A stretch of DNA of 62,178 bases, the filler included, from Bipalium vagum (taxonomy: Eukaryota), in assembly GCA_037834085.1 (NCBI GenBank). It is 3 parts of 3 records of this genome, joined end to end, with 100 filler letters (N's around TTAATTAATTAA, not from the genome) between each part and the next. Parts side by side here need not be neighbours in the genome. Positions count along the whole stretch, not along the records: positions 1 to 18,656 come from JBBMKC010023235.1; 2 more parts are not named here. The stretch is one strand, 5' to 3'. The position numbers and the translations under genes were made by a program. Positions 1-10,800 of this stretch are shown here, piece by piece (position 1 is the first letter of the stretch; each line of letters opens with the position of its first letter). The notes below the pieces were generated by a model. The model was not told where the DNA came from and searched no databases. It worked only from the letters and a program-made list of their open reading frames with translations.

Positions 1-32
<32 letters not shown>

Positions 33-100
33 TATTATTTATTATTTATTATTATTATTATTATTTATTATTATTTTTTTTTATTATATTTATTAGTAGT
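1..100. repeat. (TTA)n low-complexity/microsatellite tract
   Basis: Direct reading: ttattattat... with interruptions; lies in a PARP intron. Confidence 0.9.
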
Positions 101-129
101 TGCAGTAATAATTTTAATATTTCATTACT

Positions 130-3100
130 TGTAAAACGAGTTCTTATCACTGAAGATATCAGTCATTGTTAAAATTGCATTCCATGGTTGATCGTTGGTA
201 ACATATATCGTAGGTTTCCCTTCCAATTCTGTTTTCAATTCTCTCGGATACTGATCAATCTCATTCAAATTATTGTCTGCCATGGAACCCGAAGGTCTCG
301 GTTGATTAATTATTCTCTCCATTTCCATGAAATAATAATTTTTTCTACAAACAAAACCAGTGTTCACAAAAGATTATATTTTATTAATAATGGACAAAAG
401 AATAATATCGATTGGGACAGTTTATATTTTTCATTGCTTTAATATTTCTATTGTTTATGTTTCCACTGAATTTTCACGACAATACTTTGTCCATTACCCT
501 AAGCAATTTATACAAATAAAATTATATTGTTATCTTTATATTAGGCTGTCCGGAAAGTCTCTTTGGTTATTACTAGAACGTAAAAAGTCACAAAATTTTG
601 TTCAATGATAAATTTTTATAATAAATATTGATCATTTTGTTCAACAATGAGTTTCCATCTCTCAGTTAATTTCATTGTCCCAGCTTCATAAAATTTTTTA
701 TTTTTTCCAGCAAAGAAATCGTCCTGATAGGTTTTGAAAACGTCATCAGAGGCTAATGTTTTCCCAGTCAAAGAATTTTGTAAAGAGAGACAGATAGAAA
801 TCTGTTGGTGTATGTCAGTGCCCTATGAGGGATGTGGCAGCACATACAAACCAAGTTCCACCAATTTCTGACGAGTGGCCAAAGAAGTTTGGGGAGTGCA
901 TTGTCATGATGAATCACAACACGTGCACGTTTTACTAATTTTGGACGTTTCTGCTGAGAGCAATCGTTTAATTTTGATAGTTGATGACAGTACGCATGTA
1001 AATCAATTGTTTTGTTAAATGGTAAGAACTGAAAACATAAAATACCCTTGTAATCCAATCATAAGGATAGCATAACCTTTTTTGATGGGTATAATGTTTT
1101 GAATTTCTTTGACTAGTCCCTTTGACCGAACTTTGACCATGATCTTTTTTCGCATTGGACAATATTGTATGCAATCCATTTTTTTCACAGGTTATCAGGT
1201 TTATCAACAAGAGATTGCTTTGATTTCGCTTGAGGAACATTCATAAATATTGATAGGTTCAGTTAATTTGATTTCATCCAGTTTATGTATGACCCAGACA
1301 TTAAGCTTGTTTGAATATCCGAGATTTCCTAAATGACCATCAATAGTAGTTTTCGAAAAATCCAAGTTCTTTGAGGAGATCTCACGAACGGTAATGTGTC
1401 TATCATTTTCGATAATGGACTTTAATTCGTCTTCATTAAGGTAAACTGATCTACCAGAGCTTGATGCATCTTGAATCGAGACATTTCCTGAACGAAATTT
1501 GGTAAAGCAAATCTGGCAAGTGCGTTCTGTTATTCCATAGTCTTTGTCATAGACTGTACATAGTTTTCGATCTGTGTCTGTAAGTGTTTTGCCTTTTTTA
1601 AAGTGTAAAGTGCAATATGTCTTAAATAGTCATTTTTATTTTGTATTTTCAAAAGTGCGCCGTAAATTAGTGTGACTGCAATAGGAAATTTCTTAAGTGT
1701 GAAATTCTTGGTATTCGGCTCCGAGTTCAACATGTAATATACTCTTAGAGTTTCAAGAGCCTTAATAACTTCTGATCGAGTTGGCTATTTTGGAGGTTCA
1801 GGTTCAATATTCCCCTTCACGTTTCTTTGGATGTTTTCTAATTTCGAACAAGTTCAATGATATCTTCATCGTCAAGTTGTCCGTAACAATAAGCTTTTTC
1901 ATCACAATCGACCAATTCCATAAAAATTTTGGGGCTTATCACGGGTTAACAAAAGTTTGTGTCAACTGCTTCTCTGTTGACAATATTTTTTTTTGTCTCT
2001 CTCATATTGGAAGCCTGCTTTACAGAAACAGTTATCTATTGTTTCTGGTTTTACGTTTGACCACGCAACTTTAATAGATGGATTGCATCTAAGAGCTTAA
2101 TGAATTTCACAGTCCATTTTTCATTGTCCACAATCAATAGCGACAATTTTTCTCTTTCATCAGGGGTTTAATTGTAATTTTTGATTTATTATTGTCTATT
2201 ACACAATGGTTTCCATTACACCCGGATCTCTGATATCCCGGTCATCTCATTAGTAAAGAGATGTACAGCAAAAAGGACTTCTAGAAAGGGCTATTTAAAA
2301 AACCAGCTTTCTCTCACACCCGGGTTCTGCTGTACATTAAAATTGTTATTAAATTTAAAATATTAATGGAAACGAATTCATTTTTAACATCAAAACCCAA
2401 AACAGAAAAATTTAGGAAATATAGACCATTATTGTCATACCATGGCAACTTGAAATTTTAAAATCTTAGATTAAAGAACAGAAACCATAGAGTTAGGCAT
2501 CTAAAATTGGACTCACAAAACAGAATATTGTAAACATTTCTCGGGAATTTCAACCCTTGACCTGAAAACTGTGGTCGTTTCATAGTGACATTGGGATCGA
2601 TTGTTGAACATGTTGCAGCATTTGTAGCCATTGGAGCTGTAACGCAAGTTTTTCCAACATTTTGGACAGGGATTTAAGCATCCGAAAACTAGACAGTCTG
2701 CAACTGAGAGCCACAGATCTAATTCACCCCTTGGCACATGTTGTTTGTTGTACTTTAATATTTCAATCACTGTCTCTTTTGGTACCACATCCTTCAGGTG
2801 GTCACGAATACTCCACAGTAATTTATTTTGCATCTATATATTTCAATCAGTATCAAAGCACGCTTTATGTCGCCCGGAATTTTTACTTTAAGCTTCTCTC
2901 TCAAAACATTCGTTTCTTCGTTTCCGTGTCCATCGCCTTCCGGCTCGGTTTGCACACATTCTATAACTTGTATTGTCACACATTTTCCCGAGATATTAGT
3001 ACAAACTTGTGCGGATTTTTTCTTGGTCTGGCCATCTCAACGAATCTATGTCAATGTCTCTAAGATTTTCCAAACTCGTCTTCTCAAAAAAGCAATTAAA

Positions 3101-3295
3101 ATGATACCAACGTCGTATTTTTCCGTCATGCGTTGTTGACTTAACCCTGAATGTTGATAATTGGTATACAAACAAAGTTACCTGCTCCGTCTGTCCTACT
3201 CTTAGGGATTCTTCCAGTATATTTGCTTCGCAAGAGATACACTCTGACCGTGCACTTCTGGCATATTCAGCTACAAATTTATAATCGTTTCCCAT
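130..3295 (-). CDS. PARP1: PARP1-like poly(ADP-ribose) polymerase, 5' part (multi-exon; continues beyond window start)
   Basis: ATG at 3295. PARP-type zinc finger FVAEYARSARSECISC...RWYHFNCFF (exons 3182-3295 and ~3007-3139). PADR1/Zn3 domain MQNKLLWSIRDHLK...VADCLVFGCLNPCPKC...YKCCNMFNNRSQC (~2520-2833). WGR-domain start PWNAILTMTDIFSDKNSFYK followed by a GT donor near 130. Short GT-AG introns restore the frame. Only one N-terminal finger is visible; intactness of the middle exons is uncertain. Confidence 0.8.
541..1745 (-). mobile_element. Degenerate mariner DNA transposon in PARP intron
   Basis: TA-flanked TIR ttaggctgtccggaaag at ~541; frameshifted transposase pieces (LITCEK, WDYKGIL, HHDNA, HLRHIALY..KKAK HTH). 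Confidence 0.85.
1780..2335 (-). mobile_element. pogo/Tigger relic in PARP intron
   Basis: Minus-strand pieces LLIVDN and AWSNVKPETIDNCFCKAGF, typical of the Tigger DDE C-terminus; terminal-like tacagcagaacccggg near 2335. Confidence 0.6.
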
Positions 3296-4165
3296 GTAAA
3301 CAAAGATCGTAACAGTAAAACAGAAAATTAAAAAAACGAGAGTAAAATAATTCCAAAAATGATTACAATTTTCATTTGTTAATTTGAGATATAAAACATC
3401 ATTTGTTTGTTTTAATTATTGTAGACAAATTGATTTTCTATTGTCTTTTCGTAACAGACTAACATTTGGATCGTTGTTATGGGAAACTAATTGGTGCTTG
3501 CAGTGAAATTGAGGAAAAATGATGATAGTAAAAATAATATTAATAACAATAATAATAATAAAATTATTATTATTAATATTAATAATAAAAGTAATCTCTC
3601 AATTATACCTCTTTTCGAAGAACTTATGCTTAATTTTAATTTTGAAAGAACATCCATGAAATATTTAGATTTCTGTTGTCATGAAAGAAAAGTTTTATTT
3701 GAATTAAAAAAAGTGCTGCAACATGTAATCATCATAACAAAGAAATTATTATGACTAAATTAAGTGACTGAAATGAATTTAAAAATTATAAAGTTATCTA
3801 TGCATGTGTTTATGATAAGAAATCAATGTTTTATAAAACAAAAAATAGTGTTTGCTTTATTTCAGGTGAATACTTTTGGAAATTCTTTTTTAGAGAAGAT
3901 TTATCGAATTTTTAGATGGTTCATTTTGTGCTTGAAAAATAATCCTGTTTTATGTGTAATTTGTATAATAATTCTATGTTTTAATTGAAAATCTTCAGTG
4001 ATAAATTTCGATAGAAAATAATTCTTAGACAGTTGCTCTGGTTTTATTTGAAATATCTTTCTTGCAATTTCTAGGAATGCACATGAAAATGTTAGAGTAT
4101 AAGACTCTATTTTCATTTTTTAAGAAAAAATTTAATTTTTTTTATTTTTTCAATCATTTTAATTT

Positions 4166-4354
4166 TTATTCATTTGAATTAGTACTTTCTGTAGAATTAC
4201 AATCTTTTTTGGAATATTTATGATTTTTTTCTAATGGATTTCTCTTTAAAATAAGTTCTATATTTCTTCTATGTTTTTTCGTTCCCTCGTGATTACTTTT
4301 ATTATATTTAGAAATTTCTTTTTTACAAAATTCACAAGACCATTTTTCAACCAT
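4166..4354 (-). pseudogene. Small C2H2-like zinc-finger ORF, probably Polinton/virus-derived relic
   Basis: WSCEFCKKEISKYNKSNHEGTKKH (CxxC...HxxxxxH) in an extremely AT-rich context. Confidence 0.4.
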
Positions 4355-4679
4355 GTCATTTTAATTAGATTTTTTCCTTCTCTTTTCTTCTTCTCTTTCT
4401 TCCTCTTTCCCCTCTTTCTAAAAATTTAGATCTTGTTTCAATAACGTCATTTGTAAAAAAACAAGAAAAAAATGAGGTTTTTCAAGAATGTAAAAATGAA
4501 ATAAAATTTTTTAAAAAACTAAGTCTATATTATGGAAAAAGTTGAAAATTTCAAGTAGAGATTTTTTGATGAAAAAGTGGGGTTTTTCTAAGTGGTGTTT
4601 TTTATTGAAAAAAGGAATTTAAGCCTTAGGGTTGAGATCGCGTCTTTTAACATTTACTGGTGAATGTGCAGAACAGTTT

Positions 4680-5760
4680 TCAATATAAAGCAAAATTTTT
4701 CTATTACCTATTTTAAGTTTTGTATCCCATTCTTGAGCCATTTTTCAAAAAGACTGGCATTCATTCATGCTTTACTGTTGGCAACATATATAAGTGGAAT
4801 CTATGCAATCTTAAAGCATCTTGGATTTTCTGATTTACCAATAATAAACAAAGGTAACTTTTCATTTCCAGTCATGTTATCACCAACCAAAACTGTTATT
4901 CTCTCTTTAATCATTTTGCCTGTCGTACATTGTTTCCAGAAAAGACCAGTTTCGTCCACGTTGAATACATCATTTGGATGATATTGCCCAATATTTTCTT
5001 GGAGCTTATCTTGCTGCCAATTATTAAATGAACCAATCTCTCCTTGATACGACTTGAAGACGATAGAATGACGTTGCAAAAACTTTTGAAGCCATCCGTT
5101 GCTTGCCTGAAAGTAGTTTATCTTTAAAGCTGTTTCAAGAGGTACGGTTTTTTCCTGTAAAAGAAGGCCAGTGACTGGAATGTTGTGGTTTTTAGATTGT
5201 TTAAACTTCATTAGAATCGCCTTATCGAGACTGTCATGTCGACTTTGATATATTCTTTTTCGTTTTAGTCCATCAACATCTACCATAGTGGCATTTTCGA
5301 TCGACGTCTTGGAATTTAGAATCCCAATAATGGTGGTTCTGAGAACTACAAAACGTTTGACCAATTCTGTATGGCTAGAATTCTTAAATGCAGCTTCAAT
5401 AATCTGTTTTTTTTTCATACAATGTCAAGATGCCTCTCTTTAAATGTTTTGGCTCTATTACACGGAATTTTATTTCTACAATTATAAATGAACTAAATAT
5501 CAATAATTAATAATAAATAATGATAAATCAATAAATAATACATAAATCATAATTTGAAATTTTTGCATAATGATTTTAAAAATTAAAACAAATTGAGTAT
5601 CGTTAAATAAAGGTTAAATTTAATGTAAATGTTTATTTGATATTAAAAATAATGTCTTTAAATAGAAGCTGTCGTTAAATAGAGGTTTTATTTAAGGTTT
5701 TCCTTTATCTTTTTCGTCGGGACCGCGCTCAAGCGTGGTTAAATAGATGTTTGATTGTAA
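4680..5760 (-). mobile_element. pogo/Tigger (CENP-B-like) transposon, 5' half
   Basis: ORF 4801-5418 with HTH_Tnp_Tc5 (FQASNGWLQKFLQRH), VFNVDETGLFW, KERITVLVGDNMTGNEKLPLFIIGKSENPRCFK; TIR ...gtttgattgta at ~5759. Confidence 0.9.
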
Positions 5761-6264
5761 TAATATTTTTTTGTAGAATTTCTTGAATATTTAACTTTTT
5801 TATTACTCTTTTGCTGAACTTTTTAAATCGTTGCTTTTATCTTTGTTTTTATCTTTTTTATCGTTTTAATCGTTTTTTTAATCATTGTTTTTTGGTTTTT
5901 TATTTTGTTCATTCTTTATAGTATTTTTACATTTTATTATTTTTAAAGATGTATTTTTTATAAAATTCACATTACCATCTTTTATCCATTTTCTATGAAA
6001 ACAAATTGATTAATGCATATATAAATCGGTTTTAATAATATTCCCATTGATAAATATTTTTTTATTTATACTTGAATTTTCTTATTTAAATTCCAACATA
6101 TGATAAAATTGATATTTTATTTTTAAAGTAATAAATTAATTATGAATAATTACTAAAAAAAAATACTAATAAATATTAAATTGATACTATTCATCTTTAT
6201 AAAATGTTGATTTTGATTGGTTAAATTCGTTATAGATATATGAAAGTGAAAAATTAAAGTCCTA

Positions 6265-6660
6265 ATTTACCAAGTTGTACGATAAAATTAAATAACATAT
6301 CTTTGTCGAACTTGAGCCGTATTGTACGCAACGTATTCGTTGTAATCAAGACGACTTTCCACTTTATTATTTTTAATCTTTCCCTTTGGATACAAAACTT
6401 CTTCTCTATCCAGAAAATTATCTTTAGAATCTGGTCCTCTGAAACCTATACCCTTGCAAATGTGCTTGTTTAAATAAAAGAAAACTATCCATCTTCTTTT
6501 AAAACTGGAGGAGACATTCAACAAGCAATAATAAATAATATATTTTTAGAAAAATTTACAACAGGGAAATATCCAGATGAATTACATTTAAAATCTATAA
6601 ACTCTTTAAATAAAACAAATCCGGTGCATTCATTTTTGAGACCCGGCTCGCATAATGATA
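6265..6660 (-). pseudogene. PARP catalytic-domain C-terminal fragment (second PARP copy)
   Basis: KHICKGIGFRGPD...YPKGK...LDYNEYVAYNTAQVRQRYVI matches the PARP1 C-terminus including the catalytic Glu (YNEY); no upstream exons visible. Confidence 0.75.
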
Positions 6661-6704
6661 AAAGATTAGAAAAATATAATGAAATAATAGAAAATTTTCC
6701 ATAT

Positions 6705-6990
6705 TAATAGACTACCAAAGAAAACCTATAAACTTTGGTTGGATAAAGATACTGAATATTACAAAAGTACATTCGAAGATTTCTGTGATGATAATGAAAT
6801 AGAAATATATTCAATAGAGAATAAGGAAAAGCTATTGTCTTGAAAGCTTTAATATGAAGAATATGATATTTAAAACATTTAAGGAACAAGGTAACAGAAA
6901 ATGGATAAACTTATTACCAACTTTAATAAATATTTATAACAATCGACCATATTCCTTATTTGTTATTTCTGCTCAAGAACCACGTAAGGA
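6705..6990 (+). mobile_element. Polinton/Maverick-type integrase relic
   Basis: Frameshifted DKDTEYY..., IYSIENKEK, KNMIFKTFKEQGNRKWINLLPTLINIYNNRPYS. Confidence 0.7.
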
Positions 6991-7290
6991 TACACAAGAG
7001 TTGTTAAATAATAATAATATTAATATTAATAATAAAGGTAATCCCTCAATTATTTTTTCACTGAAAAGGAAATAAAACATTTATTTCTTTTAGAAAATTG
7101 GACATGAACAATTAAATTTTTTAAAATCAATTTTTGGATTCACACCGAAATAATATTAATAATCAAAAAAAATATAAAAAGGTAAAGGAAAGTTCAATAA
7201 TTGATTTTTATTGTTGAAGTAAACAAACGTTTTCTTCATACATTACTTGAGAAAATTAAGTGCAGGGTGAAATTTCATAATTAAAATCTG

Positions 7291-8097
7291 TCAAGCGTAA
7301 ATATTGATCGAGTAATCGTTATAACGTCCAACTATTTCCAGAGATTTTCCACCCATTTTTGAATAGGTCCAGTCTACGTCTTTTCCATCATTGTTTACAT
7401 ATAAAATCTGAGGAAAAATGAAACCAGTACCATTTAGCCAGGTCTGCCCATATGGACAGTAATCTGGCTGGCTTATTACGACCAAAATGCCTGTATCTTT
7501 ATCACAGCCTCCAACATTGTTCGTATTGATATACATTCTTCTTGCCCAACTGAAGTAGCTAAATGTTAGTCCTCGAAGGTAATTAATTTCCCAAGGAAAC
7601 GAATTACGGAGGTTATCTTTATTAAACCATGAAGTGACATTATCAGTGGGCTTAACGTCGAAAAGTAGATCAACAACAACATTGTCATTGTTGTCTCTTA
7701 CGATGACTTCCATTGATAGCGGTCGTATAGTTTTCCATTCATCGAGAAGTGGACTTCTGAAACTTTCCAACGGACTGCTGTTCACAATTTGAATGAGTTG
7801 ACTGCCATTTCCAGAGTTAATATAAGAAAGGAGTGGATCAAGTCCACTTTTCGAAAACATTTTGTATAAGACGAAAGGACTTTTGATTTTCTGATAGACT
7901 TTCACTGATGATGGTTTGGACATTTTCACTGAGGGTTGATAACAGGTCTCATTGATCATTGCAAAATAACTTGACAATTCTAAATAGCTTGAAGCAGCGC
8001 ATCTTAAGTACGTAAGGGAATCGCTGGTAATAAAGTCAAACCAATATAAATATAAAACAAATATTAAGAAGAAATATGAGGTCAGTAACATAGTCAT
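7291..8097 (-). CDS. Intronless secreted protein of unknown function (268 aa), paralogue of 50984-51814
   Basis: Hydrophobic N-terminal signal-like segment. Shares FRS.LLDEW..IRP.SM...VRD, F.VK..D...SWF..DNL.NSFPW, GC..D.GI and IFPQI.YVN with the second copy. TATA-like tatata about 30 bp upstream; ends in TGA. Confidence 0.8.
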   Translation of the reverse strand: MTMLLTSYFFLIFVLYLYWFDFITSDSLTYLRCAASSYLELSSYFAMINETCYQPSVKMSKPSSVKVYQKIKSPFVLYKMFSKSGLDPLLSYINSGNGSQLIQIVNSSPLESFRSPLLDEWKTIRPLSMEVIVRDNNDNVVVDLLFDVKPTDNVTSWFNKDNLRNSFPWEINYLRGLTFSYFSWARRMYINTNNVGGCDKDTGILVVISQPDYCPYGQTWLNGTGFIFPQILYVNNDGKDVDWTYSKMGGKSLEIVGRYNDYSINIYA

Positions 8098-8384
8098 ATT
8101 AAACTATTTTTCAATTACTCCTTGCTTATATATATTACTCTATTGAAACAAAAACAAGCATTAATGATGTCTCAGTCTTTCAATTTTCTACATTTACCGC
8201 TTTTAAATTCTGTTTCCCTTTCATAAAATGACGTCATATTAATATTCAGAGACACGCTAAGGAATACTTAACAAAAAGTAAACATAAAATAAATAATTCA
8301 TTTGTTTTAGGTCTCCAATTGTCTGATGGAAACAATTATCAATAAACGTTTAAAAAAGAGTAAAACTTAAGAACCAAATTTTAT

Positions 8385-8797
8385 AAGGGACTTGCTTTTC
8401 ACATTGGTATTCCGGATGTCCTAACGTGTCTTTGTCTGATTTTATTCAAAACCCTTATCTTTTTATTGATTTTTTGTTGACTGTTATATGCATACAGAAA
8501 ACTTGTGAAAATACAATAAAATTATAGTTCTCTATTATTAAATACAAAGTCAAACAATATGTTGTATCTCAGATTTAAAATATCATAATAAATTGCCTTG
8601 GAAATGAAAATGTATACAGCATATTGTTTGAATTTGTATGTTATTTAATAATGGAGAAAGTTTTATTTTATTTTCACAAATTTTCTGTATACATGTAACA
8701 GTCAACAAAAAATCAATAAAATGATGGCTTTTGACTTACATCAGACTTCAAGACAAGTTAGGACACCCGGAATACCAATTTGAAAAGCAAGTGCCTT
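8385..8797. mobile_element. Foldback/MITE-like element: ~180-bp imperfect inverted arms around a ~45-bp centre
   Basis: aagggacttgcttttcacattggtattccggatgtcctaac... is the near reverse complement of ...gttaggacacccggaataccaatttgaaaagcaagtgcctt; complementarity continues inward to ~8567/8614. Confidence 0.85.
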
Positions 8798-8799
8798 TT

Positions 8800-9110
8800 G
8801 TTCAGTGCTGTCAAACATTCTGAATGTTTAGGGTAAAATTTTATAAGTAAATCAAAATCTTTTTTCTTTTTTATCGATTGAATAGCTTTCCATTCATCAA
8901 GAAGCAGACTTCTAAAACTTTTTTAAAGCCACCTGATCATAGTTTTAATCACTTAACTACTTACGAACTTTAAAAAAATACCAATCTTAACCACTTCGAA
9001 AATACTTAGTATAATATCTTTATATTTATTACTATACCCTTTGATAAAGGACTTTTAAGAAAATCTTTCATCGATCAATGTATAAAAAGACTAAGTATTC
9101 TTTAGAAATA
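8800..9110 (-). pseudogene. Decayed third paralogue of the 7291-8097 gene family
   Basis: Minus strand near 8870-8925 reads KSFRSLLLDEWKAIQS, versus ESFRSPLLDEWKTIRP in the intact gene; flanks are broken by stops. Confidence 0.55.
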
Positions 9111-10800
9111 TGAAAAGTAAATATTCGCTAAAATAATTAACTAATTAGCGCGGATAAACAAATTAAAATTCATTTATATTTGGAATTTACATAATTACTT
9201 TGACATATTTTTAATTTATTTAAAAAAATTAAAATAAATGATAAAATAATAATTTTAAAGATTTAAAATTTAATAACATCAGAGATTAATTTTAAAAGTT
9301 AAGCCTAAAAATGAAAATAATTTTACTTTTGTTATACAGATTTTTTAAATATATTCGCAAAATATAGGGATTCATTAATTCTCGTTAAATATTGAAATGA
9401 GCATTAACAATAGTTATATTTTTAATTTTAACGTTATATTTAAGTAAAAATAATTTCTTATAATAAATTTCTGAATATCAATATACACACCGTTTTCATC
9501 TCTTTTTGGTAACGTTATGTTTAATTTTGAGATTGTAATTAAACAAAAATTTATTTATTAAAAATGAGCTTCTTTCGGGGTGGATGTACATTTGTATTAC
9601 ATCTCCTCTTGCGTTTTCTGAATTTTTGATTTGGATTGATTTACCATCTCCGCTCATCTTCTAACATGCCCTGAAAATCATTAATTGAGAGAAGACATAG
9701 AAGAGATAGAAGAAAAGAGGATTAAGACAGAGAGTACAATATTAGATAATAAGGATTGCAGATAAGCGTATATACTTATAGGGATGATGTAAGAAAAAGA
9801 ACGAAATAGAGAAAGTTACATACAAAATAAATGATGGAAATAAGAAATAGTAATAATCATTAAATTAGTTTAATTTTAGATTTTCAATGATTCAAAATTA
9901 GTTTTATTTTTCTTGTAAACGTGGTTTAAGTATACATTATATGATTCATAGATTGCTTTTATAATTAATAGATTAGATAGTATTAATTTGATTTTTAGTT
10001 AGACATATTTTCATAAGTGCTGCGTCGTTTTTTGGGTTCCATGACTTGAGGCAACTAACATCGATTGTATCTAGCGACGTCTGTTATCTGATAGTTCGAT
10101 TTAATTATAAGCTTAAATCTTTATATTTCGTACAGTTTCTATCTCTCACGTTTTGAAAGTTAATTTACACATCATATGGCACTTTTTGTCGAGTAAATGG
10201 ATCTTTTTGTTAATATTATCATGAATAATTAGATCTGGTCTACGTCTTGTGGCTTTTTTTAAGTTCGATAGATTTCAAGTCTATGTCTACATTAAATCCA
10301 ATGTCATAAATAATTTCCACAGACTTCTAATGCATTGTTATGTTTTATATTTTTAACTAGAGGAAATGATTAACAGTAATTCAAGATGTGAGCCTCAGTT
10401 TTGTCGTATATATTGTATTTCCTGCATTGTAATTAGCTTTAATTTTATTTGGTTTATAGTATAGTAGAAGATTATTTGTTCTGGTTTTAATGAGAACCTG
10501 CCATTGTTTATCATATAAGTTTTTATTTCTAATTATTTTTTGTTCTAGACTTGAAATGAAAATGTTTCTATTAGTAATATGTAAAATATAAAATTTTTAA
10601 TTTTGCAAGTTTCAGTCGGATTAAAAAAATCTCCAAAGCAATCTAACTAACACTTGTTGTGAATAGTGTCCAATAGTATGTAACACCAATATGAAATATA
10701 TAGTTCATGTAATGAATAAATGAATTTTTGAATAAAAATTTAAATATTTTTTTTCAACCATATTAAACCACATTGATCTAAGTTTGCTCAGTAGTCGGAA

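Noticed and set aside
7291-7293. Genome-wide UGA=Trp code as an explanation for the retrotransposon stops
   Set aside because: This host gene ends in TGA at about the position where its paralogue ends in TAG, and the Trp codons I checked in gcm, PARP and the RT are TGG.
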